The notes under the pieces: model-generated
Told to the model about the DNA's origin: nothing
What the model saw: the letters and a program-made list of their open reading frames with translations, nothing else
The model's database searches: none
Source: a phage
Sequence record: PX880100.1
Direction: 5' to 3' (one strand)
DNA: 64,000 bases
Made by a program: the position numbers and the translations under genes
In this document: positions 8,845 through 19,017 of the stretch, piece after piece
Position numbering within the stretch: position 1 is the first letter of the stretch
How the letters are laid out: every line of letters begins with the position of its first letter

Positions 8845-11175
8845 ATGAGCCATCGCATTGAAAAAGTAATTAAACGTGACGGTACTGTAGAAGACTTTGC
8901 TCCTGAAAAACTCAATGGTTGGGCAGAGTATGGTTGCAAAACAGTTGATGTAAGTTGGTCAGCCATTACTATGGCTGCTCAAAAAACTCTACCTAAAGGG
9001 GTTGTAGATTCCGATACTCTGATGGACGCATTAATTAAGGCTGCCGAAAGTCTTATCAAAGATAACCCAGCATATGATGTGCCCGCAAAGGAATTACGTC
9101 TTGCGCAAATGCGTAAACGTCTTTATGACTCTTTCGAACCGCCTTCTCTGCGCTTCTTCCACGACCATATGGTTAGCGTAGGTGCATGGGAAGACATGAG
9201 TGCATGGATTACCGATGAGCAATTTGAAGCTCTGAATCAGGTTATCGACCATGATCGTGACCGTCTTTTTACTAGTGGTGGACTGAAGCAGTTCTTTGAT
9301 AAGTATTCCCGGCGTAACATAGCCACTGGTGAAATTTATGAAACTCCGCAGTTTGCCTACATGGGTATGGCAATGGCGATGCTATCTCAACCTAACTGGA
9401 CAATTCTAGATGCAATCGACCTCTACAACGCAATGTCACTCCACAAAATCAACGTTCCTACGCCGCCACTGGTTGGTCTGCGCTCTAGTGACCGTGGATT
9501 TGCTAGTTGCTGCCTCGTGGATTCCACTGACACGTTGGATTCAATCGACACCGCCGAGCACATCGTCTTCAAAATGGTCGCAGCCAGAGCGGGAATCGGG
9601 TATCATCTTGAAAGCCGATCAATTGCTGATCCGGTGCGAAATGGGGCATTCCCGCATTCCGGAAAACTGCCATATTATCGACACATTGACCGCTCAGTAA
9701 AGGCTAATACTCAGCAAACTCGTGGTGGTTCTGCTACAGTGTCTTATCCATACTTCGATCCTGAAATCATTCAATTGATGCAGGTTAAGCAACAACGTGC
9801 TACAGATGAGAATAAAATCGATAAGATGGATTATTCTCTGAGCTTCAACAATCTTTTGTTAAAACGTTATCTGAAAAATGAAGATATTACGCTAATGTCA
9901 TACTTCTATGCTCCAGAAGTTCATGAAGCGTTTTATAGTGATGACGAGGCTAAATTTGAAGAAATCTACGTGGCAGCGGAGAAACGTGTGGCATCTCTTA
10001 CAAAGATCGACCACGAAGGAAAAACAGTTCCAGCAGCTCCTAAAGTCTGTGCAAAAGAAATCCTAGATACTTGGCTACGTATCCGAATGGAAACAGGACG
10101 TATGTATGCTCATCACATCGGGGAATCTAATCGTCACGGTAACTTCCTTGATCCGATCCGTATGACAAACCTTTGTGTTGAAATTACTCAGCCTACACGC
10201 CCGTTCCATCATATCACAGAGCTGTATAAGACAAAAGAGCAGCTTGATCAAATGAAGCCGGAGGATATTGGTGAAGTATCTCTGTGTAACTTAGGTGGTG
10301 TTGTACTTGGACGCATGGAATCTCTGGCTGAGTGGGAAAAAACTTGCTACATCCTTCTGAAATTCGTTGATACAATTATTGAAATTCAGGATTATCCATT
10401 CCCAACTATGGAATATACGGCTAAGAAACGTCGTAATGTTGGTATTGGCCTGATGAACGCAGCAGGTGCAATGGCAGCAGAAGGTCTGGCTTATGAAGGT
10501 ATTGAAGCCCGTAACTGGATTCACCGTGAGGCTGAAAAACTGTCTTACTTTCTGCATAAAGCCTCTGTACGCCTAGCTAAAGAACAGGGTGCATGTGAGT
10601 GGTTTGATCGTACTAAACCATCTAAAGGAATTCTGGTAATCGACACTTACAAGAAAACTGTTGATGAACTGGTATCCGTAGGTCTAGAAATGGATTGGGA
10701 GTCTCTGCGTGCAGATATTCTGAAATATGGTATGCGTAACTCTGTTCTGACTGCTCAGATGCCGGGAGAAAGTTCTTCTGTTCTGTTAGGTGTTACTAAC
10801 TCTATTGAACCGCCTCGTAAGATTGTATCTATCAAAGGTAGTGCAGTGAATAAAGTAATTGCAATTGCTCCGGGTGCAACCGATTGGGAAACGTTAATGA
10901 GCTATAAACTGGCTTATGATGTAGATCGTATTGAGTGGATCAAATGGGTAGCAACTATGCAGAAATTCTTCAGTCAGTCTATCAGTACGAATATGTACTA
11001 TGACTACACCAAGTTTGAGAATGAAATCATTCCTGGCCCAGTAGTAGTTCGTGATTTCATGACTGCTGTTAAGTATGGTTGGAAGACTTTCTATTACGCA
11101 AACTTCAACACCGCTAATGGTGGTGGTGCAGGAGAAGAATCCGCAGGCTGCGCTTCTGGTGGTTGTACCATCTAA
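8845..11175 (+). CDS. nrdA: ribonucleoside-diphosphate reductase large subunit (class Ia)
   Basis: ATP-cone-like N-terminus; NLCVEI active-site region; start trimmed to ATG with upstream AAGGAAAG. Confidence 0.9.
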   Translation: MSHRIEKVIKRDGTVEDFAPEKLNGWAEYGCKTVDVSWSAITMAAQKTLPKGVVDSDTLMDALIKAAESLIKDNPAYDVPAKELRLAQMRKRLYDSFEPPSLRFFHDHMVSVGAWEDMSAWITDEQFEALNQVIDHDRDRLFTSGGLKQFFDKYSRRNIATGEIYETPQFAYMGMAMAMLSQPNWTILDAIDLYNAMSLHKINVPTPPLVGLRSSDRGFASCCLVDSTDTLDSIDTAEHIVFKMVAARAGIGYHLESRSIADPVRNGAFPHSGKLPYYRHIDRSVKANTQQTRGGSATVSYPYFDPEIIQLMQVKQQRATDENKIDKMDYSLSFNNLLLKRYLKNEDITLMSYFYAPEVHEAFYSDDEAKFEEIYVAAEKRVASLTKIDHEGKTVPAAPKVCAKEILDTWLRIRMETGRMYAHHIGESNRHGNFLDPIRMTNLCVEITQPTRPFHHITELYKTKEQLDQMKPEDIGEVSLCNLGGVVLGRMESLAEWEKTCYILLKFVDTIIEIQDYPFPTMEYTAKKRRNVGIGLMNAAGAMAAEGLAYEGIEARNWIHREAEKLSYFLHKASVRLAKEQGACEWFDRTKPSKGILVIDTYKKTVDELVSVGLEMDWESLRADILKYGMRNSVLTAQMPGESSSVLLGVTNSIEPPRKIVSIKGSAVNKVIAIAPGATDWETLMSYKLAYDVDRIEWIKWVATMQKFFSQSISTNMYYDYTKFENEIIPGPVVVRDFMTAVKYGWKTFYYANFNTANGGGAGEESAGCASGGCTI

Positions 11176-11234
11176 TATTAACAAGGGGACGTATGTCCCC
11201 TTTATTAGGCCTTTTATGGCTGTAATTTTAAATT

Positions 11235-11717
11235 ATGGAAGAAAAATACAAAGAAATAGCGGGGTTATTTGATTATAATCCAGAAACAGGGATATTTACC
11301 CATAAAGCTAGAGAAGATAAATCCTTCAATACTAGATTTGCTGGCAAAGAGGCTGGTTCTCTAGAAAAATGCTCTGGATATATTGTAATGCAAGTAAAAG
11401 GCACTAAGTATTACGCGCATATCCTAGCATTCCTTATCGTTAATGGGTATATTCCAAAAGAAGTAGATCACGATAATAGAATACGGCATGATAACCGAGC
11501 TATTAATTTAAAGGCCTCTGACAGACACAGTAATGGTAAAAATGTCGGGGCGCACAAAGATAATAAATTAGGTATTAAAAATATTCACCAAAAAGCTAGT
11601 GGATCTTACCAGGTACAGATAGCCCGTAAAGGTGTAAAATATACTAAAACATTCAAAGAACTTGAGGATGCTATAGAGTGGCGCGATATGAAACTATTGG
11701 AGCTTGATAGTTTATAA
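11235..11717 (+). CDS. HNH homing endonuclease with AP2-like DNA-binding domain
   Basis: HNH_3-like HILAFLIVNGY...DHDNRIRHDNRAINL; AP2-like SGSYQVQIARKGVKYTKTF; sits between nrdA and nrdB. Confidence 0.7.
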   Translation: MEEKYKEIAGLFDYNPETGIFTHKAREDKSFNTRFAGKEAGSLEKCSGYIVMQVKGTKYYAHILAFLIVNGYIPKEVDHDNRIRHDNRAINLKASDRHSNGKNVGAHKDNKLGIKNIHQKASGSYQVQIARKGVKYTKTFKELEDAIEWRDMKLLELDSL

Positions 11718-11783
11718 TTTTACTTGCTAATCGCTACCTGATTTGCTATAATATTCCTGAAATAGTGAGAAAGAGGAAAATCA

Positions 11784-12929
11784 ATGACTACTTTACTAAA
11801 CCTGAATTGGGATCATACTAACGCTGATCTTTTCCTGGGCGATTCTCTAGGTATCGCAGATTATGTACGTGTAGCACATCCAGAACTAGAACGTCTGGCA
11901 CTTCTGCAACGCTCTCAATTTTGGACTGAAACTGAAATCAGTCTGGAAGCAGATAAGAAACAATGGCCCAATCTCCCACGTGAAATCCAGGAAATCACAC
12001 TCCTGAACTTAGCATGGCAGACTCAAACAGATTCCTTTATCAGTCGTGCTCCTGAAGCAGCTATTATGCCGCTTGTAAGCCGTCCAGAATTGGAAGGTAT
12101 GCTCAAGCAGTGGAGCTATTTTGAAGACCTGCATAGTCGTGCTTATAGTAATATTATTCGTAATGTGCTGACTGATCCAGCAGAATTTATTGATTCTGTA
12201 ACCAAAAACCAAGAAGCATTCGCACGTATCGCTGATTCTGTTGAGCTGTTCGATGAACTGTACCAGTTAGGTCAGTATTTCATCGCGGTACGTGATCATC
12301 GTGGTGACAATACATATCCAGAAACTGAGTTCCCTGAAGTTAAGCGTGAAACTCAGGCTAAACTGTTAGATGCTTATTTTGCAATCTACGGTCTGGAAGC
12401 AATGCAGTTCTACGCATCCTTTGCATGTACTTTTGCTCTAGCAGAGAACGATATTCTGCAAGGTATTGCTAAAAATCTGCAATTAATCGCTAAAGATGAG
12501 GCTCTGCACACCCAGATGTCTAAAACAATCATCCAGATTATGTTCCAGCAGTTTGACAAAGATCTGGTAGATGAAGCAGTGGCTAAAGCACCAGCACAGC
12601 TCCTGAAAACTCTAAAAACTGAGATTGAATGGGGTCATTTCATTTTCAAAGGTCGTAGTCTGATTGGTTTGAATGCAGAACTTCTAGAAGAATACTTGTA
12701 CTTTGTGGGGCGTAATGCATTTATGCACATTGGTGTAGAATGGCCTAGTCACTTACCAGTAATCACTAAAAACCCTATTCCGTGGATCATGAACTGGTTG
12801 GATACTACTTCTCTACAGCCTGCTCCACAAGAAATCCAGATTGGTGCAGCCTACCGTGTAGGTCAGGTAACTGAGACCTCTACTGATACTCTGGAAGATC
12901 TGGGCAATGAATTTGGAGATTTCCTATGA
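11784..12929 (+). CDS. nrdB: ribonucleoside-diphosphate reductase small subunit
   Basis: 381 aa, ferritin-like R2 protein with EDEALHT iron-ligand region. Confidence 0.85.
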   Translation: MTTLLNLNWDHTNADLFLGDSLGIADYVRVAHPELERLALLQRSQFWTETEISLEADKKQWPNLPREIQEITLLNLAWQTQTDSFISRAPEAAIMPLVSRPELEGMLKQWSYFEDLHSRAYSNIIRNVLTDPAEFIDSVTKNQEAFARIADSVELFDELYQLGQYFIAVRDHRGDNTYPETEFPEVKRETQAKLLDAYFAIYGLEAMQFYASFACTFALAENDILQGIAKNLQLIAKDEALHTQMSKTIIQIMFQQFDKDLVDEAVAKAPAQLLKTLKTEIEWGHFIFKGRSLIGLNAELLEEYLYFVGRNAFMHIGVEWPSHLPVITKNPIPWIMNWLDTTSLQPAPQEIQIGAAYRVGQVTETSTDTLEDLGNEFGDFL

Positions 12930-13459
12930 TTACAGCAATGTATGCAGTTGGGCCGAATGGGGAGTTCGGCCTCCGAGGTAAGCTTCCCTGGGGTTCTTTT
13001 AAAGAAGAACTAGATGCTTTTTATTCACAATTAGATGTACTAAATCCTGATAATATTATTATTGGGGCAGGTACTTATTTAGCTCTTCCATATGCCGTTA
13101 GGGAACGTATGATTGGAGCTTCTGACCTATTTATTCGTGCTGATCGTCCACTGCCAGATGATATTACACATGATATTTACACTCCCATATCAATGATAGG
13201 TGATACATTACCTACTTTTCTAAAAGATCAGCAAACAGTAGTTCTAGGTGGAGCTAATCTTCTTCTAGAAATGTATCAACATGGGCATATTGAAAGTGCT
13301 TTTGTATCTACAATCTTTAGTGAACAGAAGCTAGAGGCAGATACACACCTAGATAGTATGATACTGGATTATAACTATGAATCCACTCGATTAGTCTATG
13401 CAGTTGGCGCAAACAGTGATAACAGCCTGCGATTTGTACAGGAATTGGTTACTTATTAA
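12926..13459 (+). CDS. dihydrofolate reductase
   Basis: N-terminal MYAVGPNGEFGLRGKLPW; overlaps nrdB stop and thymidylate synthase start. Confidence 0.7.
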   Translation: MITAMYAVGPNGEFGLRGKLPWGSFKEELDAFYSQLDVLNPDNIIIGAGTYLALPYAVRERMIGASDLFIRADRPLPDDITHDIYTPISMIGDTLPTFLKDQQTVVLGGANLLLEMYQHGHIESAFVSTIFSEQKLEADTHLDSMILDYNYESTRLVYAVGANSDNSLRFVQELVTY

Positions 13460-14298
13460 TGCAACAATACTTAAAAATTTTGACAGATGTAATTTTACTA
13501 GGTGAACCCCGTAATGACCGTACAGGAACAGGCACAGTTTCAATTTTTGATTCCTATGCTAAGTTTGACCTACGTGAAGGGTTCCCGGCTGTAACTACTA
13601 AACGCCTGGCCTGGAAATCAGTAGTAGGAGAACTCTTATGGTTCCTATCTGGGTCTACAAATCTCCATGATCTGCGTGTATTCACATTTGGTCGTGACGA
13701 AGGACAGTGGACTATCTGGACCCCAAATTATGAAGACCAAGCTATAAGTATGGGGTATGATAAGGGTAACCTAGGACCAGTATATGGTAAACAGTGGCGT
13801 AACTTTGGTGGGCGAGATCAGATTCTAGAACTTATTGAAGGACTCAAGAATAATCCTCATGGCCGCAGACATCTAGTTTCTGCATGGAACGTAGCTGAAC
13901 TAGACAAAATGGCGTTACCACCATGTCACTACGGCTTCCAGTGTTATGTAAGTAACGATGGATACCTAGATCTTAAATGGACACAACGTTCTGTAGATTG
14001 TTTCCTCGGTTTACCTTTCAATATTGCTAGTTATGCTTTATTAACGCATATATTAGCAAAACTGACAGGATTAAAACCTCGTTATCTTATCTTTAGTGGC
14101 GGTGATACTCATATCTATAATGACCACATGGAACAGGTAGAAGAACAGGTAAAACGTAAACCTCGTGCTTTACCTACTCTAGTAATGCCAGAGTTTGTAG
14201 ATCTTTACGATTTATTAGAAAATAATACGGCAGCTTGGTCATTCCATTTAGAGGGGTATGATCCTCACCCAGCTCTTAAAGCTAAGATGTCTTCTTAA
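13459..14298 (+). CDS. thymidylate synthase
   Basis: RRHLVSAWN and catalytic-Cys PCH motif. Confidence 0.85.
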   Translation: MQQYLKILTDVILLGEPRNDRTGTGTVSIFDSYAKFDLREGFPAVTTKRLAWKSVVGELLWFLSGSTNLHDLRVFTFGRDEGQWTIWTPNYEDQAISMGYDKGNLGPVYGKQWRNFGGRDQILELIEGLKNNPHGRRHLVSAWNVAELDKMALPPCHYGFQCYVSNDGYLDLKWTQRSVDCFLGLPFNIASYALLTHILAKLTGLKPRYLIFSGGDTHIYNDHMEQVEEQVKRKPRALPTLVMPEFVDLYDLLENNTAAWSFHLEGYDPHPALKAKMSS

Positions 14299-14390
14299 CT
14301 CAAATAGCCCTTCGGGGCTATTATATTTAAATTTCATTTGCTTACTGAGTGAAATTTAGATATAATATATTTTATAAATCGGAGACAACT

Positions 14391-14645
14391 ATGGGACTCT
14401 TTAAAAAGAAAGTTTATTTAACACAAAGTCAAGAACGTAGGTTCTTAGCTCTGTCTCAATATTATCACTTACCTTTCGATCATTTTGTAGAACGGGCGTT
14501 AGAACAATTCCTAGAAAAGGAATTAAAGGCAATTAGACCTGAACCGCCAAGAGTACCAAATGATGCACAGAGAGGTCATCCATGTATTCCTCCTATGCCG
14601 CCAATTCCTCCAGCGACTAGGGTAATTATAGAAGGCGAAAACTAA
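14391..14645 (+). CDS. hypothetical proline-rich protein
   Basis: Track ORF trimmed to ATG after GGAG; follows promoter. Confidence 0.4.
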   Translation: MGLFKKKVYLTQSQERRFLALSQYYHLPFDHFVERALEQFLEKELKAIRPEPPRVPNDAQRGHPCIPPMPPIPPATRVIIEGEN

Positions 14646-14914
14646 TGTCTATTCTTTTATCTGCTTTAGAAGCAAAACAAAATACTATTGCTGTTATTAA
14701 ACAGGAAGTACTTAATCTAGAGTCACTTATTGCCGTAGAGATTGATAAAGCAATCAAAGAAAAAGAATTTAACTGCCATATTCAGGGATTAACTGAATAT
14801 TCAGAAAACGCCAGAAACAGCGTTATGCAACGACTCACTAAACTAGGCTATGTCGTAGAAGCTAAGTATGAGCAGCGTGAAGGTTTTTGGCTTGAAATTG
14901 ACTGGAGCAAATAA
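14645..14914 (+). CDS. hypothetical protein
   Basis: ORF track; overlapping start/stop coupling. Confidence 0.4.
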   Translation: MSILLSALEAKQNTIAVIKQEVLNLESLIAVEIDKAIKEKEFNCHIQGLTEYSENARNSVMQRLTKLGYVVEAKYEQREGFWLEIDWSK

Positions 14915-15390
14915 TGTCGGTTTTCCACATTTACACAGATGGTGCTTGTAAGTCTAACCCAGGTCCAGGTGCTTGGGGTTTTATTGTCTATGATGATAAC
15001 GACGATCGTTTAGGTTCTAAATCTGGTTATAATCCTAAAACTACAAATAATGAGATGGAACTCACAGCTATTGTAGAAGCTCTACGTTGGTCTGTTAAAA
15101 AAGATAATAGACCAATTGCTATCTATACTGACTCTGCTTATTGCAAAAATGGCATGGAAAGTTGGATGTTTTCTTGGCAAAAGAAAGGCTGGAAGAAAGC
15201 AGATGGTGAAGTTCCTCTTAATCTAGAACTTTGGCAGGAAGCATTTAAATTAACACAGCAGTATATCAACTTTCATAATACTAATCCTACCTTTATTAAG
15301 GTTAAAGGGCATTCTGGTATTAGTGGTAATGAAGCTGTAGATGCATTGTGTAATACAGTTATTACCGAGCAAGAACTTGCCGATATGTAA
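14914..15390 (+). CDS. rnh: ribonuclease H
   Basis: YTDGAC...ELTAI...YTDS...HSG..NE.D RNase HI motifs. Confidence 0.85.
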   Translation: MSVFHIYTDGACKSNPGPGAWGFIVYDDNDDRLGSKSGYNPKTTNNEMELTAIVEALRWSVKKDNRPIAIYTDSAYCKNGMESWMFSWQKKGWKKADGEVPLNLELWQEAFKLTQQYINFHNTNPTFIKVKGHSGISGNEAVDALCNTVITEQELADM

Positions 15391-15466
15391 TAAATAAATT
15401 AAAAATTTTCTTGCTTAAAGCCCTCTAATTTAGTATAATATTCGTATTGAAAGTGAGGAGGGCTTT

Positions 15467-15745
15467 ATGCGAATTTATAACTCAAATTCACTAGGATTTA
15501 AACCATTGAGAAAACGTGCACAATCACCTCGTCAAATAAGAAAGGCTAATATTGGTGAGCCAGAAACACGTCTTCCACCCCCTCCAGAACAACGTTTAGT
15601 TTATCTGGACGAAGAATTAGCTAAACGCGAAAGAAAAGCTCAAGAAGAGATTGAGCGTAAGAAAATGTGTACTGCTCCGGCGTATAATAAAGGAGCGTAT
15701 CAATATGTCTCAGATGCTGAACAAGCTAAGATGGTTGGTAGATAA
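15467..15745 (+). CDS. hypothetical protein
   Basis: ORF track; promoter and GGAGG upstream. Confidence 0.45.
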   Translation: MRIYNSNSLGFKPLRKRAQSPRQIRKANIGEPETRLPPPPEQRLVYLDEELAKRERKAQEEIERKKMCTAPAYNKGAYQYVSDAEQAKMVGR

Positions 15746-15761
15746 TTTTTAAAAAATTCAT

Positions 15762-15790
15762 TTGCTAAACGCTTCAAATTCTCGTATAAT
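15762..15790 (+). promoter_or_regulatory. N25-like early promoter
   Basis: A-tract, TTGCTA-17 bp-TATAAT, then CATAAATTGAT. Confidence 0.65.
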
Positions 15791-15828
15791 ATACTTCATA
15801 AATTGATAAACAAAAAGGAAAACAAATA

Positions 15829-16344
15829 ATGGCTAAGCAGAAAAACGCAAAAACTCAAGCAGCTCCGGCAGTTAAAACTTTCCCGCAGACTGAGGCTAAT
15901 CGCAAAGCTCGTCTGGAACGTCACCTGCGTAAGCATCCTACCGATGCTCAGGCTGCTCAAGCACTGAATAATCCGGCTCCGATTCGTCAGAAGCCTAAAG
16001 CTAAAAATGCCACCCGTAAATCCTACAAAATGGTTATGTATGTAGAAAATTACGGACACAAATCTGTCCCAGTTTCCCTGAGCTTCAACGCTGGGGCTGA
16101 ATTGTTCTCTCGTAATGGTATGTCTATGAAAGACTATGAGAAGGCAGTTAACCAGAAACGTAAACCAACAGCAGATGTATTGCGTGATACTCGTGGACAG
16201 TTTGGTTCTGTTAAGCCAAATATCTTTGGCGTAGAGTATAGTAAAGATAATGTTCGTGCTCTGTGTTACGGTGTAGGCATTAAGTTCACGGGTGATTCTG
16301 CTCGTAAATCTGCTAAACCAGCTCGCAAGCGTAAAGCGAAGTAA
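15829..16344 (+). CDS. hypothetical highly basic protein
   Basis: K/R-rich termini; host-optimal codons (ctg, cgt, ggt). Confidence 0.5.
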   Translation: MAKQKNAKTQAAPAVKTFPQTEANRKARLERHLRKHPTDAQAAQALNNPAPIRQKPKAKNATRKSYKMVMYVENYGHKSVPVSLSFNAGAELFSRNGMSMKDYEKAVNQKRKPTADVLRDTRGQFGSVKPNIFGVEYSKDNVRALCYGVGIKFTGDSARKSAKPARKRKAK

Positions 16345-16407
16345 TAGATAAATAGGGGCAGAAGCCCCTACAATCTACTAATTCTCTAACTAATCAAGGA
16401 TATTTTT

Positions 16408-16623
16408 ATGTTCTCTAAGAAACCACGCTCCGTTACTGAAATCGTTGCTTCCTTTACCACTATCACTGATGAGCTTCAAGCTCGTATTGAGGCTGATCAA
16501 AAAATTGCTGCGGATATTCAGAAACAGCAGGAAGAACTCGCTTTAAAGTTGGCTGAAACCAACAAGAGTGAAAAATCTGCCCAAACTATTATGGAAAATA
16601 TCCTTAAACTGCTGGGCAAGTGA
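16408..16623 (+). CDS. hypothetical protein
   Basis: ORF track; terminator hairpin downstream. Confidence 0.45.
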   Translation: MFSKKPRSVTEIVASFTTITDELQARIEADQKIAADIQKQQEELALKLAETNKSEKSAQTIMENILKLLGK

Positions 16624-16664
16624 TTTAAATCAGGGGGCGAAAGCCCCTCTTATTTGGAGAAACT

Positions 16665-16901
16665 ATGCGTAATTTTGTAGCAAAGAATGATTTTAACCGT
16701 GCTAGCACTCATAAGTCCGCTAGAGATTATACACGACTTTCTAGTCATGAGGTAATGGATACCTGTTATGAAGAGCTGGAAGGTAGCTGGAATGAGTGGC
16801 CCGACTTCTCTATGGAAGAGAACTGGGATGTCAGTGAGGATATGCTTCCTGGTTTTAAAGACCCCAAGAAGTGGGAGTCTATTAAAGAGACAGCTCTTTA
16901 A
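16665..16901 (+). CDS. hypothetical acidic protein
   Basis: ORF track. Confidence 0.4.
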   Translation: MRNFVAKNDFNRASTHKSARDYTRLSSHEVMDTCYEELEGSWNEWPDFSMEENWDVSEDMLPGFKDPKKWESIKETAL

Positions 16902-16929
16902 TAGTTTTCTACACAATAAAGGATAAGTT

Positions 16930-17631
16930 ATGAAAGTAAAACCATTTGGTATGCTAGATATTGAATCTCTGGGAACTCCAGGAGATTGTGGTACTACTCA
17001 TATCGCAATGCCTTCTTTCGCTTTTGTGGCTATGCATGGAATTGATAAAGACCCTGATCTAATATTTGTTACTTTGGATGTACAAGATCAGCTTAATTCT
17101 GGTGCCAAAGTTACAGCATCTACTCTAGCATTCTGGATGGATCAAGCTAAAAATAGCCCGTCTGCTATCCACATTATGGAAGCTATGAAGGAACGTAATC
17201 CAAAACTGATTGCCTTCCAAAATGGTAAACATCATTGCACTAATAAACTCGGCTCTAACTATGCTGCCTACTCTATGGCTAAAAATATTATGGAGTTGGC
17301 TTTAGGCGAAAATGCTTTGTATTATGGCAACGGTCCAGAGTTTGATATGACTATCTACTCTGCAAACACGTTCCATGCTGGAACCAATGAAGAGGTAGTT
17401 CCGTGGAAATTCTGGAATTTGGGTAATGTTCGATCTCTTCGTAACCTCTGGATGCAAGCTGGATACAGTTATAAAGCTCTAGAGACCGAAGGTATTAGCT
17501 GGGCAATAGCTAAAATGGAGAAGATGGACACCATTCGTTATGGGATCTATCCGGTTAAGCACGACCCAGCATTTGATGCCTTAGTTGAAAGCTATTGTGT
17601 TGCAGCTATGATCGAAAAAATGAAAATTTGA
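16930..17631 (+). CDS. DEDDh-type 3'-5' exonuclease (DnaQ-like)
   Basis: LDIESLG exo motif I; C-terminal H-x4-D (HDPAFDA). Confidence 0.55.
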   Translation: MKVKPFGMLDIESLGTPGDCGTTHIAMPSFAFVAMHGIDKDPDLIFVTLDVQDQLNSGAKVTASTLAFWMDQAKNSPSAIHIMEAMKERNPKLIAFQNGKHHCTNKLGSNYAAYSMAKNIMELALGENALYYGNGPEFDMTIYSANTFHAGTNEEVVPWKFWNLGNVRSLRNLWMQAGYSYKALETEGISWAIAKMEKMDTIRYGIYPVKHDPAFDALVESYCVAAMIEKMKI

Positions 17632-17701
17632 TTTGCTTCCGGCCCCAAAATTCTGTATAATATATTCATAAATTTGAGAAAACAACAAAAGGAAAACAAA
17701 T

Positions 17702-17884
17702 ATGCCAGTATCTAAAAATGTTCGTAAAAATGGTAAGAAAGCTACTCGTAATCTGGGTATCCGTCGTATGGCTGAACGTCAATCAGGTGTCCAGAAAATC
17801 TTTGATCTGCTAAATCGTGCTAATCCTAAAATTGATAACAGTAAAGATACTGTTCTGCGTACCTTACTGGCAATGGGTCTGTAA
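17702..17884 (+). CDS. hypothetical small basic protein
   Basis: Promoter cassette upstream; host-like codon usage. Confidence 0.45.
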   Translation: MPVSKNVRKNGKKATRNLGIRRMAERQSGVQKIFDLLNRANPKIDNSKDTVLRTLLAMGL

Positions 17885-17936
17885 TAGACCAACTTTAAAC
17901 AAATTCAAATCTTAAACTTCATATAAGGAAGAAACA

Positions 17937-18575
17937 ATGACCACTCGTATTTCTAAAACTCGTGCTCTGGCAACCATCAAATCTCTGGAAGCTAAAATCC
18001 GTAAAGCTACTGAACAACAGCTTCTGATCGCTGTTGGTGAAGGTAAGGATAAAAACCAGGTTGTAGTTGGCGCTGCAATCGAAGTAGCTGATCTGTCTAC
18101 TCGTATTAAGACTGATTTCCAGTCTCTGCTGGATATGATGTCCCAGCGCGATCGTATCAAAGCTGCTCTGATTAAAAGCAATGCGGAAACAATCGTTGAG
18201 ATTGGCTCTCGTAAGATGACTGTTGCGGAAGCAATTGAAGCTAAGCGTTCTATGGAACTTAAAGCTCAACTGCTGGCTAACATGCGTAAGCAGTTCCATG
18301 CCGCTACAGTTAAGTTTAATGCGCAGAAAGCACAGTTTGATGCTAAATATGAGCGTTTGCAGGATAGCATGGCTACCCGCGATAAGAAAACTTCCGAAGA
18401 TGAAGTTAAAATGCAGCTCAACCTGCTGGAACTCAAGAATACTCCATTCTTGATTGATCCGCTGGAACTGGAGAAGCTGATTAAGCAGCATGACGAGGAA
18501 TACCAGGACTTTGCAACAAATGTTGACTTTGTTCTGTCCGAGTCTAACGCCTCTACCTTCATTGAAGTAGAGTAA
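17937..18575 (+). CDS. hypothetical coiled-coil protein
   Basis: ORF track; strongly host-optimal codon usage. Confidence 0.5.
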   Translation: MTTRISKTRALATIKSLEAKIRKATEQQLLIAVGEGKDKNQVVVGAAIEVADLSTRIKTDFQSLLDMMSQRDRIKAALIKSNAETIVEIGSRKMTVAEAIEAKRSMELKAQLLANMRKQFHAATVKFNAQKAQFDAKYERLQDSMATRDKKTSEDEVKMQLNLLELKNTPFLIDPLELEKLIKQHDEEYQDFATNVDFVLSESNASTFIEVE

Positions 18576-19017
18576 TAATTTAAAAGCTAGTAAATCGGTA
18601 GACGAAAGCCCAAGCATCTTACCTCGCAGCAGCGGTTGAAATACGAGGTTAAATAAGACCGCTGACCATACTATAAAGTATAATCTATTGGAGATTATGT
18701 TTATTACACCAGCCTTTTAAGCTGACACGTAAGAACAAAGCGTCGTTGATATTACCGACACAACTTCAAAGATCAACATTTAAGTATGAAAGCTGAAAAG
18801 TTTAAAGAACTCAAACTTCTAAACTTCTAAAGCTAAAAGATGCAAAGTATTCGTTGATGATTCAAACCCTAGATCAAAGGTACATGGCTCATAAGATATG
18901 GCCTGTGGCGCCTCTAGGCTGTTTATCGGTTTACTAGTTTCACAATTTAAAAATGTATTTGCTAATTTATTAAGTTATCTGTATAATATATTTTTAAATT
19001 GATGAAACGAGGCTATT

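Noticed and set aside
6278-12212. Antisense or alternative-frame ORFs inside nrdD, nrdA and nrdB (6278..6490, 9410..9700, 10291..10557, 10894..11184, 12009..12212)
   Set aside because: Embedded within well-supported large genes; no independent start signals.
17912-18617. Minus-strand ORFs 17912..18181, 17919..18617 and 18266..18562
   Set aside because: Antisense to the strongly codon-biased gene 17937..18575; Ser/Leu-rich low-complexity translations.
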